A stretch of DNA of 64,000 bases from Longimicrobiales bacterium (GTDB lineage Bacteria; Gemmatimonadota; Gemmatimonadetes; Longimicrobiales; Gaopeijiaceae), in assembly GCA_965248195.1 (NCBI GenBank), contig CBDFIQ010000002.1:2688001-2752000 (forward strand). The letters are read 5' to 3'. The notes under the pieces were generated by a model that made no database searches, was not told where the DNA came from, and saw only the letters and a list, made by a program, of their open reading frames with translations. Position numbers and translations under genes: made by a program. Shown here one piece after another: positions 51,860 through 61,312 of this stretch; position 1 is the first letter of the stretch, and each line of letters starts with the position of its first letter.

Positions 51860-53235
51860 GGTAGTGTCCCTAGATTTGTGTAAAAGCGGATAAGCTGGAC
51901 AGGAGGGAAAGAAAAACGGAAGCTCCTCTGTTGTTGTTCACTGTCACATGAACCCGGGAGTCCGGGTCTGCAGAGCAGGCTCGGAACCGGAGAGGAGCTT
52001 CCGATGCAAGAGATTGTGGAGATCGGTCGGGCCACGCAAGACGAGCTACGCGATGATTTGCGCGAGCTGTTTCAAGGCGCGATCCGGCTGACGCTCGAGA
52101 TGGTGCTGGAAGAGGAGCTGAAGGCCATGGTAGGTGCACGCCGCTTCGAGCGGGTGGGAAGCCGGAAGGACCATAGGAACGGCACATACCTGAGGCGGCT
52201 GCTGACGAGCCTGGGGCAGATCGAGGTCGCCATGCCCCGGAGCCGGGACAACGGTTCGCCGGCCGACGTGATCGGCCGCTACCAGCGCAGGAGCCCCGAG
52301 CTCGACGAGATGATGGTCGAGGCGTATGTGAGCGGCGTGTCACAGCGCAAGATGGGCGACGTCACCGAGGCGCTGATGGGCGAGCGTGTTGGGCGCTCGA
52401 CGGTGAGTCGTGTGGCAAAACGGCTCGACGAGGCCGTGGAAGGGCTGCGCCGTGCGCCGATCGAGGGGCCTCACCCCTATCTGTACCTGGACGCCACGTT
52501 CTTGGACGCCCGCTGGGCCCGCAAAGTCGAGAACGTGAGTGCGCTCGTGGCGTATGCAGTGGGCCCTGAGGGTCACCGACGGCTCCTGGCCGTCACGCTG
52601 GGCGCTGAGGAGTCGCAGCAGAGCTGGTCGGAGCTCCTCGAGCAACTCCAGGACCGCGGCCTCGGCGGTGTCGAGCTCGTGATCGCCGATGAGCACGCAG
52701 GCCTGGCAGCTGCGGTCCGCCGCTTCCTGCCCGAGGCACGCCGTCAGAGGTGTACGGTCCATCTGCAGCGTAATGTGGGGGCGAGGGTCCCCCACCGCCT
52801 ACGCAAGCGCATGGCGCGTGAGGTCTCGGTGATCTTCCAGACATCCGGACTCGCCGAGGCGAAGAAGCTCCTGGGCGAGTTCGGCGCACGCTGGAAGAAG
52901 GAGCTGCCCGAGGCCGTGGAGGTCCTGGAGCGGGGCTTCGGGGCAGCGACGCAGTTCTACGCGTTCCCCGAGGCGCACTGGCCCCGGCTGCGTACCACCA
53001 ACAGCCTCGAGCGGCTGCACGGCGAGATCAAACGCAGGATCAAGGCCGCCGGCGCCTTCCCGGACCGGGCCAGCGCCCTCAGGCTCATCACGGCCGTCGC
53101 ACTCAGGACCACACACGTCTGGGGCGACCGGCGTTACCTCGACCTCTCACTCCTCCAGAAACAGGAGGTCGCCCAAGCAGCCTAGCCGAAGGCGAGGAGC
53201 TTCCTCCGCTTTTACACACAAATCGGGACTTGACC
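51860..53235 (+). mobile_element. IS256-family element, copy 5
   Basis: TSD TTCTCGGC/CTCTCGGC (7 of 8 match). Confidence 0.95.
52004..53185 (+). CDS. IS256 transposase
   Basis: Same protein as copy 1 except V>M (RMAREV). Confidence 0.97.
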   Translation: MQEIVEIGRATQDELRDDLRELFQGAIRLTLEMVLEEELKAMVGARRFERVGSRKDHRNGTYLRRLLTSLGQIEVAMPRSRDNGSPADVIGRYQRRSPELDEMMVEAYVSGVSQRKMGDVTEALMGERVGRSTVSRVAKRLDEAVEGLRRAPIEGPHPYLYLDATFLDARWARKVENVSALVAYAVGPEGHRRLLAVTLGAEESQQSWSELLEQLQDRGLGGVELVIADEHAGLAAAVRRFLPEARRQRCTVHLQRNVGARVPHRLRKRMAREVSVIFQTSGLAEAKKLLGEFGARWKKELPEAVEVLERGFGAATQFYAFPEAHWPRLRTTNSLERLHGEIKRRIKAAGAFPDRASALRLITAVALRTTHVWGDRRYLDLSLLQKQEVAQAA

Positions 53236-53906
53236 CTCTCGGCTCAGGACCTGGTGCGCATGGGCTCGCTGCCGGAGACGGTCCTCGGGGCCGGCCGGTC
53301 GGCCCTCTTGGCCCGCAGGAACATCCTGGTCTCCGGAGGCACGGGCTCGGGCAAGACGACGCTCCTCAACGCGCTGATCGAGTTGCTGCCAGAAGACGAG
53401 CGGATCGTCGCCATCGAGGACACGCTCGAACTCAGGATCGACCGCGCCAACTGCCTCCGCTTCGAGGCCGGAGCTGTCGGCACCGAGACCTCCGTCTCGA
53501 TCCGCGACCTGGTGCGGCACGCGCTGCGCCACCGGCCCGACCACATCGTCGTCGGCGAGGTCAGGGGCGGCGAGGCCGCCGATCTGCTCCAGGCGCTCAA
53601 CACCGGCCACGGCGGCTCGCTGACCACCATCCACGCGAACAACGCCCGCTCCGCGCTCTCGCGCCTGGCGAGCTGCGCCATGCAGGCCGAAGGCGCGCTT
53701 CCCTGGGAGGTCACCTGCCGGGGCGTCGTGGACGGGATCGCACTTGTGCTGCACACGACCCGGCAACGGGGCAGGCGGTTCGTCGAGGAGGCGCTCGAAG
53801 TGCGCGGCTACGACGCGGCCAAGGGCCGCTGGATCGCCGAACCGATCTGGAGCGGGTCTGACGAAGCCCCGCAAGAACAGCACCCACACACCAAGGAGGT
53901 GAACCC

Positions 53907-54107
53907 ATGAAAGGCGACGAGAACATCGTTCGCGTCGAGACGCTCGATGACTTCGACCGCGAACTCGCGCGCGACGGAGGCGAGGCCCTCGAGGTGCCGG
54001 CCTCGCTGGCCGAAGAGTACGGCCTCTTCTCCGAGGACGTGGGCAGCGAGGACGAGATCCGCGACGCCGGAGAGGATCCGCACGGCCCCGAGGAGGAAGA
54101 GCTATGA
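53907..54107 (+). CDS. Small acidic protein
   Basis: AAGGAGGT RBS; ATGA overlaps at both ends. Confidence 0.7.
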   Translation: MKGDENIVRVETLDDFDRELARDGGEALEVPASLAEEYGLFSEDVGSEDEIRDAGEDPHGPEEEEL

Positions 54108-55132
54108 AACACGACGAATACCACCGCCAGTTCGCCGAGGGGATCATCGAGCAGATCCGCCAGGGCACCGCGCCGTGGCAGAAGCCCTGGGGGCCGGGCG
54201 AGCGCGTGCTCCCCTCCAACGTCGATAGGGGCCGCTCCTACAGGGGCGGGAACAGCCTGCATCTCGCCGCCGTGCAGCAGGAGCGTGGCTACGGCGACGT
54301 GCGCTGGGGCACCTACCGCCAGATCCAGGCCCAAGGCGGACAGGTGCGCAAGGGCGAGCAGGGCACTCGCATCCTCTCGTTCCAGGACCACCGGAAGATC
54401 GCCGTCAACGACGAGCGCGGACGGCCCAAGAGGGACAACGAAGGCAAGCGCGTTTACCGCCACGAGCGCCTCCAGGCGCCCTTCGTCCGCCAGTACACCG
54501 TGTTCAACGCCGAGCAGGCCGACGGGCTCCCGGCCCGGCCCACACCCACGGCCGAGCCGCTCTGGAAGGTGCACCAGCAGGCCGAACGCGTCCTCGTGGA
54601 CAGCGGGGTCCCCGTCCGTCACGTGGCGGGCGACCGGGCGTTCTACAACCTGAACCGCGACGAGATCGTGCTGCCCGAGCGTGGACAGTTCCCCTCCGCG
54701 AACCACTACTACCAGACCGCGCTCCACGAGCTGGGGCACAGCACCGGCCACCCGGAGCGGATGAACCGCCCAACACTGATCGAAGGGATCGGCGACGGGT
54801 TCGCCTCACCGGCCTATGCGAAGGAGGAGCTCCGCGCCGAAATCAGCGCCATGATGACAGGCGAGCGCGTGGGCGTCGGCCATGACCCGAGCCGGGGCGC
54901 CGCGTACGTCGAGGGGTGGGTCGCCGCGCTCGAGGAGGATCCGCGCGAGATCCGCCGCGCCGCCGCCGACGCGCAGAAGATCTCCGACTTCGTGCTCTCG
55001 CGGCACCGCGAGCGCGAGGCCGTGCGCGAACCCGCGGCCGTGGCCGCGACCCGCGCGCCCGCGCCGGGGCGGATCGTCCATCCCGTGCCGCCGCTCCCCG
55101 TGCCGGAGCGGACCTTCGGGCCGCGCCGCTGA
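54104..55132 (+). CDS. ardC: ArdC-type ssDNA-binding antirestriction protein with a zincin-like domain
   Basis: APWQKPW, YRGGN, WGTYRQ, VRKGE, VFNAEQ, HELGHSTG and YAKEELRAE. Confidence 0.92.
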   Translation: MKHDEYHRQFAEGIIEQIRQGTAPWQKPWGPGERVLPSNVDRGRSYRGGNSLHLAAVQQERGYGDVRWGTYRQIQAQGGQVRKGEQGTRILSFQDHRKIAVNDERGRPKRDNEGKRVYRHERLQAPFVRQYTVFNAEQADGLPARPTPTAEPLWKVHQQAERVLVDSGVPVRHVAGDRAFYNLNRDEIVLPERGQFPSANHYYQTALHELGHSTGHPERMNRPTLIEGIGDGFASPAYAKEELRAEISAMMTGERVGVGHDPSRGAAYVEGWVAALEEDPREIRRAAADAQKISDFVLSRHREREAVREPAAVAATRAPAPGRIVHPVPPLPVPERTFGPRR

Positions 55133-55153
55133 CGGTCGGTGAGGAGCCAGGAG

Positions 55154-56041
55154 ATGTTCGACCGCACGGTCGAACCGGACCCGCGGACCGCCGCGCCACA
55201 AAGCCGCAATCGCTACCGCATGCGGGACGGCCACCGCCGAGAATACGCCGCGAGCCGGGACCGCGGGTCCACCTCCTTCCCCGAACGGTGCGCGCGCGGG
55301 CTCGCCGACATCGGCGTCTACGGCGCCGTCTCGTACCGCGACCTCGCCGAGGCCCGCTTCGGCGGCCATCCCTACACCACCCGGCGGGCCGTGAACGCCT
55401 GGGTACGCGACGGGCTCGTCACCGAGACCACGGCCACCGGACCCGGGGGCAACCCGTTCAAGGTCCTGACGCTCACCCGCAGCGGCGTGGCCGAGGCCCG
55501 GAAGCGGGCCGCCGAACGGGGGATGGATCCCAGCCAGGAAATCCGGTTCGCACGCACCCGGCCTGCCGAAGCCGCGCACGACACCGCCGTCTACCGCGCC
55601 TGCATGAAGGAGAAACAGCGCCTGCTCGAACAGGGCGCCACCGTGCGGCGCATCCGGCTCGACACCGAACTCAAGAGCGCCGTCGCGCGCGGGAGCGAGG
55701 CGGCGCGGCTGAAGGACGGCAAGCGGGCCGCCGATGCCGAACGGCACCGCACCGCCGGCGAACTCGGACTCCCCCTCGACGACGAAGGGCACGTGCTCTA
55801 CCCGGACGCCCAGATCGAGTACACCGACGCCGACGGCCGCACTGGACGCGTCAACATCGAGGTCGCGTCCGGCAACTACCGCGAAGGGGCCATCAAGGCG
55901 AAAGCGGCGGCCGGGTTCGCGCTCCACGCCAACGGACCGGCCGCGGCGCGGCTGCTGCGCACGCTCGGCCTTGGCGGCGGCGGCGACCGCTCCTCGCTGC
56001 GGGGACCCGCCCACCGCGATCCGGCCGCAGTCGAACTCTGA
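55154..56041 (+). CDS. Winged-helix + PD-(D/E)XK-like protein (Replic_Relax/MOBC-like relaxase candidate)
   Basis: wHTH-like segment (GLV...VLTLTRSG), AHDTAVY and YPDAQIEY...VNIEV; GAGGAG RBS. Confidence 0.6.
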   Translation: MFDRTVEPDPRTAAPQSRNRYRMRDGHRREYAASRDRGSTSFPERCARGLADIGVYGAVSYRDLAEARFGGHPYTTRRAVNAWVRDGLVTETTATGPGGNPFKVLTLTRSGVAEARKRAAERGMDPSQEIRFARTRPAEAAHDTAVYRACMKEKQRLLEQGATVRRIRLDTELKSAVARGSEAARLKDGKRAADAERHRTAGELGLPLDDEGHVLYPDAQIEYTDADGRTGRVNIEVASGNYREGAIKAKAAAGFALHANGPAAARLLRTLGLGGGGDRSSLRGPAHRDPAAVEL

Positions 56042-56059
56042 CTACGGGAGAAGCCCGCC

Positions 56060-56374
56060 ATGCAACCCTGGAAGATCAGCGCCGGCCTCACCGCCGCCAT
56101 CGCGGGGTCTGCCGTGCTGCTCGCCGGGCCGCGCCTCGAATACCTCGCGCCGTATTGGCCGCTCCTCCTCGCCGAACACGGCGTCTTGCTCGCCCTCCAC
56201 CTGGCGCTCGCACTCGCAGCCGTTGCGGCCGCCATCTACGCCGTCGCACGCGCCGCCGGGCTCGCCGACCTCGGCCGGCGCGTCGATCTCGCCGAACGCT
56301 CCGTTCGGCGCGGCGAGGGGGACCCGGCCCTCACCGACGCGCTCCGCAGAGACGCCGAGGGCGACTGGGAATGA
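56060..56374 (+). CDS. Small membrane protein
   Basis: Two hydrophobic segments; ATGA overlap with the next gene. Confidence 0.65.
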   Translation: MQPWKISAGLTAAIAGSAVLLAGPRLEYLAPYWPLLLAEHGVLLALHLALALAAVAAAIYAVARAAGLADLGRRVDLAERSVRRGEGDPALTDALRRDAEGDWE

Positions 56375-56811
56375 AAGCGGAGACCGGGCGGGCGGCGGGC
56401 CGACGGGATCGACCCAACCGTGCGCGCACACCTCGCGGCGCGTCCGTCGAGACCCTGCCAGCCACCTGGCGGACGCAGGCCAAGGCGCTCCGCCGGTACG
56501 GGGGCGAGACGCCGGCCGTCGCGCTCGAAAGCTGCGCGGCCGAGCTCGAGGCCACGCTCAGGGAGAGGGACGAGACCACCCTCTCGCTGACGGAGGCCGC
56601 CAGGGAGAGCGGCTACTCCGCTGACCATCTCGGCCGCCTCGTGCGCGACGGCAGGATCCCCAACGCCGGAAGGCCCGGCGCGCCCAGGATCGCCCGCAGC
56701 CACCTGCCACGGAAGGCACCAGCCGAGCCGCCACTGGTCAACGAGCTTCGTCCGCGCCAAGTTTCAAACGCGCAGATCGTGCAGTCCATCATCGAGAGAG
56801 GAATCGAATGA
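56371..56811 (+). CDS. Excisionase-like HTH protein
   Basis: LSLTEAARESGYSADHLGRLVRDGRIP; overlaps the integrase start. Confidence 0.7.
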   Translation: MKAETGRAAGRRDRPNRARTPRGASVETLPATWRTQAKALRRYGGETPAVALESCAAELEATLRERDETTLSLTEAARESGYSADHLGRLVRDGRIPNAGRPGAPRIARSHLPRKAPAEPPLVNELRPRQVSNAQIVQSIIERGIE

Positions 56812-57971
56812 TGGCACGCACGAAACCTATCCGGCGCAGCTACGGCGCTGGCGAATGGGGCCGGAACCGGGTACGGGTCTTTCCCGATCCCAAGACCGGC
56901 CTGTTCCAGATCGAGTGGCGCGACAACGGGCGCAGGCTCACAAGGTCGCTGAAGCACCGCGACTGGAGACGGGCGAAGCGGCAGGCGGACGAGTTCGCCG
57001 CTGGCTACCTCGGGCCGGATCTCCACCGCAAGGCGGACGCCGAGCCCGAGCCACTCACCCTGGAGACGCTTTTTGACATCTACGGTGAAGAGGTGACGCC
57101 CACCAAGCGTGGGCAGTCGCGGCTGCACGACAGGGCCGCGATGAGGATGTTCCTCGGGTGCTTCGGCAGGGACCGGAAGCCCGCAACGCTCTCCCAGCGC
57201 GACTGGGACCGGTTCATCCGGGAGCGCCGGGCGGGCAGGGTTGGCCCGAGCGGCAAACCCGTGTCCGACCGGATGATCGAACGGGACTTGAAGTTCCTGC
57301 TCGCGGTCCTCAACTGGGCCGTGAAGTCGAGGGACGAGCGGGGCGAACTGCTCCTCGGCTCGAACCCGCTCAAGGGCCTGAAGACGCCCACGGAGAAGAA
57401 CCCGACACGGGTGATGCTTACCGAGGAAGAATACCGGGTCCTGCTCCACGTGTCTCTGGAGATGGACTGGCGCTTTCACGTTGCTCTGGTCCTCGCACAC
57501 GAGACAGGACACCGCATCGGCGCCATCCGTCAGCTTCAATGGTCGGACATCGACCTTGAATGCGGAGTGGTGCGGTGGCGCGCAGAGCACGACAAGTCGG
57601 GCTACGAGCACCGGACGCCGGTCACCGCCGAGGCGCTCGCCGCCCTAGAGGAGGCGCGAAAGAGGAATCCCGGGATCGGGGACGCGCCCGTGCTGCCCTC
57701 GCCGCAGGATCGCTCGAGGTGCGTGAGCTGTTCGTGGACGCAGCGCTGGTGGGAGAAGGCCGTAGCGCTCGCAGGGCTGGAATCCAAGCGTGGCCGCGGC
57801 TGGCACTCCCTAAGGCGGAAGTTCGCCTCCGACCTCATGGACCAGCCGCTCAAAGTGCTCTGCGAACTCGGCGGTTGGAAGGAGGCCAAGACGGTGCTGC
57901 ACTGCTACCAGCGGGCCGATGAGGCACAGCTCAGGAAGGCTCTGGAAAGCCGCCGCAGAGTTCGCGCCTGA
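56808..57971 (+). CDS. int: Tyrosine integrase
   Basis: TGHRIG, DKS, HSLRR, GW and Y catalytic set; ends 90 bp before the att core. Confidence 0.93.
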   Translation: MMARTKPIRRSYGAGEWGRNRVRVFPDPKTGLFQIEWRDNGRRLTRSLKHRDWRRAKRQADEFAAGYLGPDLHRKADAEPEPLTLETLFDIYGEEVTPTKRGQSRLHDRAAMRMFLGCFGRDRKPATLSQRDWDRFIRERRAGRVGPSGKPVSDRMIERDLKFLLAVLNWAVKSRDERGELLLGSNPLKGLKTPTEKNPTRVMLTEEEYRVLLHVSLEMDWRFHVALVLAHETGHRIGAIRQLQWSDIDLECGVVRWRAEHDKSGYEHRTPVTAEALAALEEARKRNPGIGDAPVLPSPQDRSRCVSCSWTQRWWEKAVALAGLESKRGRGWHSLRRKFASDLMDQPLKVLCELGGWKEAKTVLHCYQRADEAQLRKALESRRRVRA

Positions 57972-58061
57972 GACCAATCAGCGGGAATCAAACGGCGGGA
58001 ACCCGGTTGGGTACGTCCGTAAGTTCAATTACCCCAAGCAGATGTGAACCTGTCGGCTTCT

Positions 58062-58072
58062 GCCCCTACGGC
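58062..58072 (+). repeat. Right att core GCCCCTACGGC
   Basis: Identical to 21141-21151. Confidence 0.9.
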
Positions 58073-58916
58073 CTCGCTCGATTTCCTCTCCATTCTCGAC
58101 GCGGAGATGGTGGATCGCGGATTACGCTACGAGATCGTCGAGGTGCAGGAAAACACCCGGGTTACCCTGCCCGTGGCCATTGATTTCGGGACCGGTATGG
58201 TTTCGGAGGCTATTGATTTCACGGACAGAGACGTCGTGTTGGCGCGCTCGGACGTAACGATCACGAATATCGCCAGCGGTAACTATCAGGCCGTTGTCCC
58301 CGTGGGCCCTGTGACGCTGAAGAGGGGTTGGATTCGGGTGGAGGCGGACTACAGGGGCCAAATCTATAACTTCGTGAACACGCACCTGGAGGTTCAGTCG
58401 ATCGCGCCGGTGCAGGCGGCCCAGTTGCAGGAGTTGCGCGGGAGCGTGCTCGCGGGGCTGGACGGCGTGACGATTCTCGCAGGGGATCTCAATTCCGATG
58501 CAGAGGCCGGCCCTGGTGATCCCTCCTGGACACCGACGTACGGTGAGCTGATCACCGCGGGTTTCGTGGACACGTGGGATCAGGTGCACCCGCATCGGCC
58601 CGGATTCACGTGTTGTCACGATAAAGACCTACGCAACCTTCGGGGGGCCTTCGATGAACGCATCGACTTCGTCCTGGTCCGTGACGATCGTGGCCCCTTC
58701 GATCAGCGGGTGATCGAGGCGGTTCGAGCACAGGTCGTAGGCGACGAAACCGACGACTTGACCACCAGTGGCCTTTGGCCTTCGGACCACGCTGGGGTGA
58801 TCTCACGCATCCGGCTCGTTTCGCCGACGTTGGCGGACGATGACGATGACGACGACGATGATGACGACGACGATGACGACGATAACGATGACGATGACGA
58901 CGACGATGAACGTTAG
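58062..58916 (+). pseudogene. 3' part of the split EEP-family gene, with a poly-Asp tail
   Basis: NTHLE, AGDLNS, ERIDFV and PSDHAG motifs. Confidence 0.9.
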
Positions 58917-58935
58917 GATTCATCGCTGAGCTTGG

Positions 58936-58970
58936 TCACCACCCTGGGGCTCGCCGTCCCGGGGTGGTGA
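58936..58970. terminator. Hairpin between convergent genes
   Basis: 13-bp stem TCACCACCCTGGG/CCCGGGGTGGTGA with one G-U pair; no U tract. Confidence 0.5.
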
Positions 58971-59042
58971 GGCCGGGCGATCTTCCTACGTGTGCGCGCT
59001 CACCAGGTGATTCGCCGGCGGCCGTCGGACACGGTCGACGAC

Positions 59043-60186
59043 TTAGCGCGTCATGTCCTCGGCGAGGAAAAGATCCGCCACCTCGAGCCCGAGCGTACCG
59101 GGCCTGATGTCACCCATGTTGCAGAGCGCCCACGTCGCGAATCCTTGCTCCGGGAAGCGCACGTAGGAAGCCTGGAACCCCATGTACGAACCGCCGTGGC
59201 CGATCGTCTCGAGGCCACCGTGTTCGCCCGCCTGGATGCCGAAGGCGTAATCCAGGACCTCGCCACTGTTGAGGATCCCTTTGGAATACATCGTCTGCAT
59301 GAATCCGGGTCCGCCCAGCTGGTTGTTTCTGAAGTTGCGCTCCCACTGCAGCAGATCCTCGACGGTGGTGTAGAGCCCACCAGGCCCGGGTATGGCGAAA
59401 TTTCCTTGGTAGCTCTGGTAGTATTTCCCCTCGAGGCCTTGATCTCCATCCTGCCTGGGTTGGTAGCTGAGGGCCCGCCGCTCGACGATGTGCACCGGAT
59501 CGTCGTGGAAGTGTGTGTCGGTCATGCCGAGTGGCTCGAACATTTTCTCGGTGGTGTACTCGCGCAGGGATTTCCCGCTGGCCCGTTCGACGATCATAGC
59601 GAGCGAGAAGTATCCCCCATTGGAGTACCGATATTGTTCCCCGGGCTGGAAATCGAGTTCTTGGAGAGCGAGCAGCTCGAGGGCTTGTTCACGGGTGAAG
59701 CGATCCCAAGTCGAGTGCCCGTTTTGCTCCATCACACGCCATATCCCCGGCAGCCCGCTCGTGTGGTGGACCAGGTGCCGTACGGTGATGGCCGGGTTCC
59801 GGACGGGCATCTCGGGCAGATAGGTCCGAATGTCGGCGTCGAGATCGACCTCGCCTTCATCGGCTAGCAGGGCGATGGCGGCTGCGGTGAACTGTTTCGC
59901 GACGGAGCCCACGTAAAAGACCGTGGTGGGTGTGATGGGGATGTCCCAATCCAGGTTCGCGTACCCGTATCCATTCTTGTAGACGAACTCGCCGTCCTGG
60001 GCGACCCCAAGGGCGCATCCGACGGATCCCGGCATGTCGTAGTCGGCGAAGACGGCGTCGATCTGACTGGCGGGCGGGGTCTGGACCGCCCGTAGTTCGG
60101 CAGCTGTCGAAAAAGCACCGACGGTGACCAGTGCCACGAACGTGCGGATGGTGAAAGCGGTAAGGGATCTCTGAATGGGACTCATT
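59043..60186 (-). CDS. Beta-lactamase-family serine hydrolase
   Basis: SVAK, HTSGLP, YSN and HGG; signal peptide. Confidence 0.9.
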
Positions 60187-60334
60187 GTTACTCCTTGAGT
60201 GCTGGACATCGTTCGCCTCCTGCTTTGCGCACCTTCTTCGCGTATTATGCGAGTCTCGTCCGCCCCACGACAGCACCACGCCTTACAAGGGCCAATTATA
60301 GGGGACAGCTCGTGACCCAGGAGACTCGTATCTC

Positions 60335-60799
60335 ATGACTCAGGGGACTTGGAGCCCCGATGCCTTGCGGGCCCGCCTTGAAACCTACGGACCCTATATG
60401 GGCGCCGGCGTGCTCGTCACCCACATCGCCGAGGACGCCAGCGAGGTCCGCGTCGAGATGCCGCTCACCGAGAGCAATGTCAACCTCGTGGGGACTCACT
60501 TCGGGGGCAGTCTGTACTCGATGGTCGATCCGCATCTTATGCTACTGATGATCCAGCGCCTGGGGCCCGACTATGTGGTCTGGGACAAGGAGGCGAACAT
60601 CGACTTCCGAAAACCCGGCCTGGGCACCGTGCACGCCACGATCCGCATCACCGACGAAGAAGTCGAGGCCATTCGCTCCGCGACGGCGAACGGCGACAAG
60701 CATCTGCCGCAGTGGACGCTCGAGATATTCAACGAGCAGGACGAAGTGGTCGCGACGGTCCTCAAGACGCTCTACGTCCGTCGGAGACGCGAGAGCTGA
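60335..60799 (+). CDS. Hotdog-fold DUF4442/PaaI-like protein
   Basis: NVNLVGTHFGGSLYSMVDP and VVWDK...FRKPG. Confidence 0.88.
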   Translation: MTQGTWSPDALRARLETYGPYMGAGVLVTHIAEDASEVRVEMPLTESNVNLVGTHFGGSLYSMVDPHLMLLMIQRLGPDYVVWDKEANIDFRKPGLGTVHATIRITDEEVEAIRSATANGDKHLPQWTLEIFNEQDEVVATVLKTLYVRRRRES

Positions 60800-60894
60800 T
60801 CCGCCTTCTCGTCCGAAATCAGCTCGTCCAGCTCAGCGCTCTCGTCTCGTCCAGATCCGATTAGCGTCCCCGTCGGATCAGCGACCTCGTCGGG

Positions 60895-61112
60895 TCCAGT
60901 TCGGGGACGTAATCGTGGACATCCGCGACACGATCAACGACATGATCGTAAGCGGGATGCACTTGGAGGAAGTGCTCGCCGCGAGACCCACGGCGGAGTA
61001 CGACGAACGGTGGGGACAGGTCCCCACGTGGAATGCGAAGGACATCGTGCCCATCATCTACAACGAACTCGGCGGTGGGCCGACTCTGCCCCGCGGCGGT
61101 GACGGGCTGTAG
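60895..61112 (+). pseudogene. Orphan C-terminal fragment resembling the tail of an MBL-fold hydrolase
   Basis: IRDTINDMIVSGMHLEEVLAARPTAEYDERWG...IYNEL with no upstream catalytic part. Confidence 0.55.
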
Positions 61113-61312
61113 CCGGGGCTGGTGGTTCCCGATCCCGAGTCGATGGTGGGCGCGGGATCGAGCCATCCCGGTGAGGGTTCGGCAGACCGGAAAGAGCCAT
61201 GAGATCATGCCCGCTGGCGCGAGCGGACGCCACGACCGATGTTGACCCCCTTGAGCGCCGCGCTTCTAGGGCGGCCAAGTCGCCTGAAAGGTTCTTCGAG
61301 AAGGGGGATACA

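Larger units (their letters stand above)
51519..53910 (+). pseudogene. virB11: VirB11/CpaF ATPase interrupted by IS256
   Basis: EIMING...ITIRRFGGRAFS joins in frame to AQDLV...GGTGSGKT, LRHRPDHIVVGEVRG and NTGHGG. Confidence 0.92.
21141..58072. mobile_element. Integrative conjugative element, ~36.9 kb
   Basis: Flanking 11-bp direct repeat, split host gene, terminal tyrosine integrase, VirB/VirD4 genes and ArdC. Confidence 0.92.

Noticed and set aside
39914..57971. Prophage or phage satellite (AlpA + integrase)
   Set aside because: No capsid, terminase or primase genes; the content is conjugative.
58044..58061. Element-supplied GTG start rescuing the EEP 3' half
   Set aside because: No clear RBS, and the product would lack the signal peptide and the N-terminal catalytic Asn/Glu.
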